Source: Candidatus Moraniibacteriota bacterium
Lineage (GTDB): Bacteria; Patescibacteriota; Minisyncoccia; Moranbacterales; UBA2206
Reading direction: 5' to 3'
NCBI GenBank assembly: GCA_013334765.1
Contig: JAAXWW010000006.1
Coordinates: 1-53,326 of the forward strand
DNA: 53,326 nucleotides
The notes under the pieces are model-generated. The model was given only the letters and a program-made list of their open reading frames with translations. It did not search any database and was not told where the DNA came from. Below are positions 46,522 through 53,326 of this stretch, piece by piece. How positions within the stretch are numbered: the first letter of the stretch is position 1; the number at the start of each line of letters is the position of its first letter. Made by a program: the position numbers and the translations under genes.

Positions 46522-47871
46522 ATGCTTTATAAATTAGAAAAACCTGATTTGTCCAAGATTAAACCCGAGGAAGCTGTTAATTTGTTATTCAAGGCTTATT
46601 CGGCAGGGGATGAAGGAATAACTAGTCTTTTTCAAAAGACATCCAATCCGCGTTATTTGTATTGGGATAGAATGAAATACAAGCCATTGCCAAAAGGCGT
46701 ACCTTCTGCCGAAATGCTATGGCTCATAGTTAAATTCCTAAGGAAAGGTCAACAGATAAATACGGTTGTGACCACTGAAACAGGGGAGGTTTTTGCCTGG
46801 GTCAAACTTCCGGAACTTGAAGAATTTTTTCATAAACTGGATTTGCATACCGGCGGTCATTTGAAGCTTTTTGATAGTGACATAGATGAACATAAGAGGC
46901 AGCAGTTTATCGTAAGCGGGATTATGGAAGAAGCTATCGCGTCGTCTCAATTGGAAGGAGCCAATACCACAAGGAAGCTGGCAAAAGAATTCCTGCGAGC
47001 AGGGAGGAAGCCGTTGAACAAGGCCGAACAGATGATATTGAATAATTATGAAATGATGAAGGCCATAGACGGAGAATATAAAAGTCAGAAACTGACCAAG
47101 GATATGCTCTTGGAAATGCACAGGATGATAACTAACAATACTATTGATGCGCAAGACGTGGGTTGTTTTAGAAAGGATGAGGATGGGATTATCGTTGGCG
47201 ATGCGTATAACAAAATTTATCATGTCCCGCCGAAAATGAAATTCGTTCAACAAGAGCTTGATAAGTTTATCGATTTTGCCAATGATGATTTGAAGGAGAA
47301 TGTTTTTTATCATCCTATAATCAAGGCGACAATCATACATTTCTGGATTGGCTATCTTCATCCGTTTGTTGATGGAAACGGAAGACTGGCAAGAGACTTG
47401 TTTTATTGGTATCTTTTGAGAAAAGGGTACTGGGCCTTCGCCTATCTTCCCATATCGACCATAATAAAGAAATCACCCGAGCAATATAAGATGGCTTTTG
47501 TATACAGCGAACAGGATGATAGGGATATGACTTATTTCATAGATTATTCCGTTAGGAAAATCAAGCTGGCGCTAGGGGGATTTGAAGAGTATGTCAAGAA
47601 CAAAGAAGCGGAAAATCGCGCACTTAACGACGTCATTAGGAACAGTTACAGTCTCAATGAGAGACAGATAAAACTTCTTCAGTACTACTATAAAAATCCG
47701 AAAGGAAAAACATTTCCCAAAATGCATTCCAATATATATCAAGTGTCGAAGTTAACGGCGCTTAAGGATCTTAACGGTTTGGAATCGCAAGGATTCGTAG
47801 TTGCCAAAAAGGAAGGAAGGAATACATTTTATTATCCTACTTTGAAAATAAAGGACATTATTAAAAATTAG
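46522..47871 (+). CDS. Fic-family protein with C-terminal winged HTH
   Basis: HPFVDGNGRLAR catalytic motif; SSQLEG inhibitory motif; LNERQ...VSK.TA.KDL..L...G. Confidence 0.93.
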   Translation: MLYKLEKPDLSKIKPEEAVNLLFKAYSAGDEGITSLFQKTSNPRYLYWDRMKYKPLPKGVPSAEMLWLIVKFLRKGQQINTVVTTETGEVFAWVKLPELEEFFHKLDLHTGGHLKLFDSDIDEHKRQQFIVSGIMEEAIASSQLEGANTTRKLAKEFLRAGRKPLNKAEQMILNNYEMMKAIDGEYKSQKLTKDMLLEMHRMITNNTIDAQDVGCFRKDEDGIIVGDAYNKIYHVPPKMKFVQQELDKFIDFANDDLKENVFYHPIIKATIIHFWIGYLHPFVDGNGRLARDLFYWYLLRKGYWAFAYLPISTIIKKSPEQYKMAFVYSEQDDRDMTYFIDYSVRKIKLALGGFEEYVKNKEAENRALNDVIRNSYSLNERQIKLLQYYYKNPKGKTFPKMHSNIYQVSKLTALKDLNGLESQGFVVAKKEGRNTFYYPTLKIKDIIKN

Positions 47872-48022
47872 CATCAGTGCAGCGTCTGCATTAGCTGAGA
47901 TTTCAAGATTCTGAACGGGGGTTCGTTTTTGTTTCAAACTGGTGCGTTAGTAATCCAGTTTTTTGATTTTTTTAAATCGTGCCGCGATCAAGTCTTAGCC
48001 GTTTTACAGGAGGATATCTTGT

Positions 48023-49165
48023 ATGAAAAAAATAGTCAAGCTTTTTCATGCTAAAATGAAAGATATGGCAAAAACAGAAGACAACGGATTCGTTCAATCC
48101 AATTCTCCAAATGGGGGATTCTTGGCATCCAGCGCTTGGAGGGCATTCCAGGAAGCGGCAGGGAGGAATGTTTTCCATCTTGAAGAGGAGGGTTTTTCGG
48201 CAAGCATTATCGAACACCGGCTTCCCTTGGTTGGGAAGTATTTCTATGTTCCGAGAGGCCCGATCATTTCACGGGACATGGAGCATGGAGCATGGAGCAT
48301 GGAACATGGAGTAGGGAACGGTGCTCGTAGTCGGGAGTATTTTTCGAAACTCATTGAACTGGCGGAAAAGAACGGGGCTGGGTGGATCAGGGTCGATCCG
48401 GCGAGCGATAAAGCGCTTGAAATCATGAGAAAAAGCATTGATTTTCCCATCCAAAAGGCACCTCATGATATGCAGCCGAAAGAGATTTTCCTTGTCGATA
48501 TTTCGAAATCCGAAGAGGATATCCTGACGGGAATGAAGCCGAAAACCAGATACAATATCCGTTTGGCTGAAAAGAAAAACGTGAAAATATGCTATGTCGA
48601 CAAACGGTCAGCGGACGCGGAAAAATATCTTAGGGAGTTCTTGCGGCTGGTGGCAGTCACTGCCAAGCGTGACGGGATCGTCTCTCACCCGGGCGGATAT
48701 TATCGGAAGATGTTCGCGGCTGTTCCGTCTGAAAACATGAGATTGTATGTCGCCCGATATGGCGAAAAGGTGATCGCTGCCAACCTGGTCGTCCTTTTCG
48801 GGGACACGGCGACATATCTTCATGGCGCGTCAGACAACGAAAACCGCAACCTCATGGCACCGTATCTCCTGCAATGGCAGCAAATGAAGGACGCTAAGGC
48901 GGCTGGATGTTCGAAATATGACTTCGGCGGGGTTTCTATAGCTCGCGAGCCTGGCATGGCTGGTCAAGATGCTGAAAAAAAGGGGAATATGAGCCTGGGC
49001 AGCTGGGCTGGAATCACTAAGTTTAAGATCGGTTTTTCGCCTAAGGCGGACGCGACCGTTTTCCCTGGGAGCTACGACATTGTTGTCGACAAGAAGAGGT
49101 ATTCGGCATACCGTATCCTTTCATCCGTTATGCCTATCCTGAAGCGTATCAAAAAAAGTACATAA
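48023..49165 (+). CDS. FemABX-family peptidoglycan bridge peptidyltransferase
   Basis: FL.S..W..F, Y.PRGP, MKPKTRYNIRLA.KK, YLHGAS, APYLLQW, YDFGG, GITKFK.GF; start uncertain (possibly 48065). Confidence 0.9.
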   Translation: MKKIVKLFHAKMKDMAKTEDNGFVQSNSPNGGFLASSAWRAFQEAAGRNVFHLEEEGFSASIIEHRLPLVGKYFYVPRGPIISRDMEHGAWSMEHGVGNGARSREYFSKLIELAEKNGAGWIRVDPASDKALEIMRKSIDFPIQKAPHDMQPKEIFLVDISKSEEDILTGMKPKTRYNIRLAEKKNVKICYVDKRSADAEKYLREFLRLVAVTAKRDGIVSHPGGYYRKMFAAVPSENMRLYVARYGEKVIAANLVVLFGDTATYLHGASDNENRNLMAPYLLQWQQMKDAKAAGCSKYDFGGVSIAREPGMAGQDAEKKGNMSLGSWAGITKFKIGFSPKADATVFPGSYDIVVDKKRYSAYRILSSVMPILKRIKKST

Positions 49166-49258
49166 CGGTTTTTTATCAGAGAATTTCGGGTGGGGAATGT
49201 TGACATCTTCAAACAGGAAAAATCGGATTAAAAATCCGGTTTTTTCTTTTTTCCAACC

Positions 49259-49311
49259 TGTGGATAACTTTCGGAAAAAGTGTTGTTGACACTCGAAAAT
49301 AATGTTATAAT
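49259..49311 (+). promoter_or_regulatory. DnaA box upstream of an extended -10 promoter
   Basis: TGTGGATAA at 49259-49267; TGTTATAAT at 49303-49311. Confidence 0.55.
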
Positions 49312-49463
49312 TTCAACAGGAATTTTATCGGATTTTCAAATGAACGCGCGAAAAAAACTCTGGCAGGAAAGTTCTAGAGAGAGTTTCCGTTCTGAAGGGA
49401 AACGCGCGGCACAAAACGGACATCGTTCGGGGGTTTGTGTTGAGGCAAAACAAAAAAATAACA

Positions 49464-50171
49464 ATGGGAATATTTGATTTTTCAAAGAAAGGTACTGGAT
49501 TCAAGGGACAGGTCGTCCTTGTCGTTTTCATGTTTATCTCAGCCATTTTAAGCGCTTCGATACTGCGTTTCGGACTGCAGAAATACAGCTATTTTTCCCC
49601 GATGATCCAGACAGCCTTGAACCAGGATGTCGCCATTGCCGAGAACCGGATAGTGAACGAAAACACTGTTCCCGCCGAGGTTGCGATCGGGCAGGTCAAG
49701 GGAGAAACCGATACGCTCAGCGCTGGAATATCCGGCAGCGAAAACTTCGAGGCGACGCAAGTCAATATCGGAAGCAATCTCATCCTGTCGGATGATGGCA
49801 GCAATCTGCAATTGTCGATCTATGACATCAAGAGCGAATCGTTCATTTCCGCCGACAAGGGAGATTCGAAAATACTGATTTCCTGGAAGACCAACAAGCC
49901 GGCTGTTTCCGATTTGGAATACGGCAAGAACGGACAGAAGAATCTTGCTAGCATGAAAGAGGATTCATACGGGTTCATCCATAGCGCGGTCCTTAGCGAT
50001 CTGGAACAGAAGAACGCCTATACATACCGCATCACTAGCAAAGACAGATTCGGGAATTCCGAGGAAAGCGACTATTTCGGGATATATACTGCTGCAAAAC
50101 CGGTTTCGGTTTTCGATATGATTTCCAAATCGCTCAACGACATATTCGGTTGGGCAGTCAAGAAGGGTTAA
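49464..50171 (+). CDS. Membrane-anchored protein with fibronectin type III-like domain
   Basis: N-terminal TM helix; ISWKTNKP...EYG...H...L.DL....Y.YRI.S.D..GN. Confidence 0.75.
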   Translation: MGIFDFSKKGTGFKGQVVLVVFMFISAILSASILRFGLQKYSYFSPMIQTALNQDVAIAENRIVNENTVPAEVAIGQVKGETDTLSAGISGSENFEATQVNIGSNLILSDDGSNLQLSIYDIKSESFISADKGDSKILISWKTNKPAVSDLEYGKNGQKNLASMKEDSYGFIHSAVLSDLEQKNAYTYRITSKDRFGNSEESDYFGIYTAAKPVSVFDMISKSLNDIFGWAVKKG

Positions 50172-50195
50172 AAGGCTGAATTCTTAAGGACAGCG

Positions 50196-50287
50196 CCCGC
50201 CTACGCTAAGGCTTGCATAAGACACGACCCGCCTACGCTAAGGCTCGCATAAGACACGACCCGCCTACGCTAAGGCTTCGGCGGGCG
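50196..50287. repeat. 32 bp tandem repeat ending in a REP-like palindrome
   Basis: CCCGCCTACGCTAAGGCTYGCATAAGACACGA at 50196 and 50228, third unit at 50260 completes CCCGCC-TACGCTAAGGCTTC-GGCGGG. Confidence 0.85.
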
Positions 50288-50294
50288 AAGCAAA

Positions 50295-53200
50295 ATGAAA
50301 ACAAATTTGAAAAACAAAATCATTTCCGTTATCCTGGTGGCTGTTTCGGCCTTCGCTTTGACGTGGCGTGGGACATCCGCTGAAGTGGCGAAGACGATCG
50401 ACGTGACTGCATATATCGCCAACAAGGCTGACAAGGAAATGGCGAATGGGGAATACGATGTCCGCTTCGCGCTTTATTCGGCTGACCGCACGACTCCTGA
50501 CGCTTACCCTTCCACGAGCGATCCTAGGATATGGGAAGAGACTCAGAAAATCCAAGTGCGAGACGGGATACTTCATGCCGAGCTTGGATCGGCTAACCCT
50601 ATTCCGGATAATGTCGATTTCAATTCCCAGGATTACTATCTGGGAATCCGTATCGCGACCGATAGCGAGATGGTTCCGCGAAGGAAGCTCGGCGCTGTTC
50701 CGAGAGCCTTGAGCGCTCTCAATTCGACGAACGCTGACACCGCAACGAACGCGCTCAGCCTTCAAGGGGCGAATGTCGGAACCAAATCGGGAGATATTCC
50801 GCGATTGGGATCCGGCGGGAAAATCGCGTCCAGCATGCTGCCGAGCTTTACGAAACTCGGGACCATAACAGCCGGCGTATGGCAGGGGACGGCTATCGCG
50901 AATAATTATATAGCCAAGTCCCTCACGGGGAAGACATATAACGGGCTTTCGCTGACTGTTTCAGGCGGGGACTTCTCGATTGCGGGAGGCAGCAGCAAGC
51001 TGACCGTGTCAGGCCAGGTGAGCGTCAATCAGAATCTGACTACGTCTTCCACGCCGACATTCGCGGGACTCAAGCTTACTTCCGGCCTTGATCTGGGAAC
51101 CGGCGATATAACGCTCAGCACGGTCAACGGGAATTTCATTGCCGGCGGGAATATCATTCCCGATACGGACGATGCATACAACCTGGGGTCTTCCACGAAA
51201 AGATGGAAGAACGTCTATTTTTCAGGAAGCATCTCCAGCACCTCTTTCAATGGAAACACGATCGTGCCAGGTTCCGGGAAGATAGATCTGAATTCGCATA
51301 CTTTGACGCTGACTGCCGATTCGCATATCAATCAGGATCTCCTGACTACATCCGATCCGACTTTCGCCGGCATGACTATCGGCAGCCTTTCGGGTGTGCT
51401 CAAGGCTGCTGGCGGGACGATAAGCGGCAGCGCTACTACGTCGGATCTGCCCGAAGGGTCGAATCTTTATTATACGAACACGAGGTTCGATAACCGCTTG
51501 GCGGCTAAAACGACAGCTGATCTCACGGAAGGCGCGAACCTGTATTATACCGATGCCCGCTTCGATAACCGCTTGGCGATAAAGACAACCGATAACCTGT
51601 CGGAAGGAAGCTCTAATCTGTATTACACGACCGGCAGATTCGACACGCGTTTCGCGGCAAAAACTACAAGCGACCTGACTGAAGGAAGCAATCTGTATTT
51701 CACTGACTTGCGCGCCAGGGCGTCTCTGACTTCAAGCGCGACAGGACTGACATACAGCAATACCAGCGGCATTTTCACGATTACCAGCGGATATGTCATC
51801 CCGACGACGACCCAGGAATCGCAATGGGGAACGGCGTATGCATATCGCGTCGAAAGCGCGGCAGGGACTGCTCCGCTCAATCTTGCTCTTTCAGGGAATG
51901 CCCTCACGGGATCGATCGATGACGCGACCTTGACAGCCAAGGGCGTGGCATCCTTCAATTCGACGAACTTTTCTGTTGCTAGCGGAGCGGTCAATACCAT
52001 CCAGGATATCGCGACGGCTTCCACCCCGAGCTTCTCCGGCTTGAATCTCACCAACGCTCTCACCGCCGGAAACGGAGGAACCGGATTTGCCAGCTATGCG
52101 GCCGGAGACATGCTGTACGCGGCTTCCTCCTCGGCTTTCTCGAAGCTGCCGATAGGAACTAATGGGCAAGTCCTGGTGATTTCTTCGGGAGTTCCGGCTT
52201 GGGTGGACAGCGCGACCGGAACATCGCATGACCTGCTTTCCGCGTCGCATAGCGATACGACTCCTGGTTCTGTTGAACGCGGAGCTATCATAACCGGACA
52301 GGGAACGACTCCGAAATGGGCGAAACTGACAGCCGGGCTGAGCGGACAGGCGCTTATTATCGATGCGAACGGCGACCCGGTCTGGACAACCGTAACGGTC
52401 GGAGGAGACGGGCAAGGGGTGTCCGCCGATTCATTGGATTTCACTGAATTCAAGGACGCGATGGCGCTTGATGCCAACCTTTCTATCTCTGCGAGCGCCA
52501 ACAATTATTCCATGGATTTCGATTCGGGGACTTTGTTCATTGATACGGCAAACAATTATGTCGGAATAGGAACTACCGCGCCGGGAACTAAGCTGGATGT
52601 GGCGGGAGCGATCACCGCAACCGGAGGGACAAGCACCAATTGGAACAGCGCGTATGCCTATCGGATAGAAAGCGCTTCTGGAACGCTGCCGCTGACGCTC
52701 ACGCTTTCCGGCAACGGACTGACCGGTTCGATCGCGGACGCGACGACGGGATCGAAAGGCGTCGCTTCTTTCAACGGATCCAACTTCACAGTGACAAACG
52801 GATCGGTCAATACCATCCAGAACATATCAGTAACAGCTACTCCGACATTCGCAGGACTCACTCTCGATACCATGAACGGAGTGTTGAAAGCATCATCGGG
52901 AATCGTTTCGGGATCAGCGACGACAACCGACCTCACCGAAGGGACGAATCTTTATTATACGGATGTCCGTGCCAGAATATCTATCTCTTCTACTGCGACA
53001 GGCCTGACATACAACAACACTAACGGAATCTTCACTCTGACCAGCAACTATGTCATCCCGACGACGACGGAAGAATCGCATTGGGAAACGGCATATGGCA
53101 ATAGGGTTGACACCTGGAACGCGCCGCTGGCGTTTTCAAGCAACATCGCCAGCCTCAGCTATATCTCGACTAATCTTCGGATCAATGGGACATCCCTGGA

Positions 53201-53326
53201 TACCATCCAGGATATCGCGACGGCTTCCACCCCGAGCTTCTCCGGCTTGAATCTCACCAACGCTCTCACCGCCGGAAACGGAGGAACCGGATTTGCCAGC
53301 TATGCGGCCGGAGACATGCTGTACGC
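50295..53326 (+). CDS. Giant repetitive surface protein with phage tail-fibre-like repeats (3'-truncated, >1010 aa)
   Basis: Absent from ORF track because no stop in window; MKTNLKNKIISVILVAV signal; YLGIRI..D.EM.PR; NIIPDTDDAYNLGSSTKRW; multiple TxDLxEGxNLYYT repeats; VGIGTTAP..KLDV. Confidence 0.88.
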   Translation, partial: MKTNLKNKIISVILVAVSAFALTWRGTSAEVAKTIDVTAYIANKADKEMANGEYDVRFALYSADRTTPDAYPSTSDPRIWEETQKIQVRDGILHAELGSANPIPDNVDFNSQDYYLGIRIATDSEMVPRRKLGAVPRALSALNSTNADTATNALSLQGANVGTKSGDIPRLGSGGKIASSMLPSFTKLGTITAGVWQGTAIANNYIAKSLTGKTYNGLSLTVSGGDFSIAGGSSKLTVSGQVSVNQNLTTSSTPTFAGLKLTSGLDLGTGDITLSTVNGNFIAGGNIIPDTDDAYNLGSSTKRWKNVYFSGSISSTSFNGNTIVPGSGKIDLNSHTLTLTADSHINQDLLTTSDPTFAGMTIGSLSGVLKAAGGTISGSATTSDLPEGSNLYYTNTRFDNRLAAKTTADLTEGANLYYTDARFDNRLAIKTTDNLSEGSSNLYYTTGRFDTRFAAKTTSDLTEGSNLYFTDLRARASLTSSATGLTYSNTSGIFTITSGYVIPTTTQESQWGTAYAYRVESAAGTAPLNLALSGNALTGSIDDATLTAKGVASFNSTNFSVASGAVNTIQDIATASTPSFSGLNLTNALTAGNGGTGFASYAAGDMLYAASSSAFSKLPIGTNGQVLVISSGVPAWVDSATGTSHDLLSASHSDTTPGSVERGAIITGQGTTPKWAKLTAGLSGQALIIDANGDPVWTTVTVGGDGQGVSADSLDFTEFKDAMALDANLSISASANNYSMDFDSGTLFIDTANNYVGIGTTAPGTKLDVAGAITATGGTSTNWNSAYAYRIESASGTLPLTLTLSGNGLTGSIADATTGSKGVASFNGSNFTVTNGSVNTIQNISVTATPTFAGLTLDTMNGVLKASSGIVSGSATTTDLTEGTNLYYTDVRARISISSTATGLTYNNTNGIFTLTSNYVIPTTTEESHWETAYGNRVDTWNAPLAFSSNIASLSYISTNLRINGTSLDTIQDIATASTPSFSGLNLTNALTAGNGGTGFASYAAGDMLY
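51994..53326 (+). repeat. Exact intragenic repeat (51994-52120 = 53200-53326)
   Basis: 127 nt identical at offset 1206 nt (402 codons), running off the window end. Confidence 0.9.

Noticed and set aside
46195-48022. tRNA-anchored integrative element around the fic gene
   Set aside because: No integrase and no duplicated tRNA 3' end found downstream of fic.
50196-50287. Possible mini CRISPR array
   Set aside because: The intervening 13-14 nt segments are nearly identical and too short for spacers; no cas genes.

Overview
A 53 kb bacterial chromosomal segment spanning the replication origin (jag-yidC-rnpA-rpmH <- -> dnaA-oriC-dnaN-DUF721). Gene content and style (tandem-domain PilB, TrmB regulators, degenerate DHH protein, giant tail-fibre-like surface protein, very short leaders) suggest a Patescibacteria/CPR (Parcubacteria-like) genome; this is inference, not a database result. 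Housekeeping genes: tsaC, tsaE, class A PBP, ruvA/B/C, yebC, polA, mutM, holA, rpsT, a FemABX enzyme and tRNA-Gly(CCC), plus a glycosylation cluster. Most notable: (1) a tightly packed six-gene operon (7TM protein, RimK-like ligase fused to an aspartyl protease, three more ATP-grasp ligases and a Mur-type ligase) in which the two catalytic halves of a cyanophycin-synthetase-like enzyme are split around two extra ligases; (2) a 1.7 kb integrase-less mini-island bounded by a 66 bp duplication of the pilB 3' end differing only at synonymous sites; (3) dispersed ~150 nt intergenic hairpin elements whose arms co-vary between copies; (4) an unannotated rod-shaped, 6S-like ncRNA with its own promoter and terminator; (5) a gene ending in an adenine-depleted, DGR-variable-region-like tail with no reverse transcriptase in the window; (6) CATGRRR heptamer arrays at the ruvB/ruvC start codons and inside the FemABX gene. 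All calls come from reading motifs by eye; no searches or folding programs were run.
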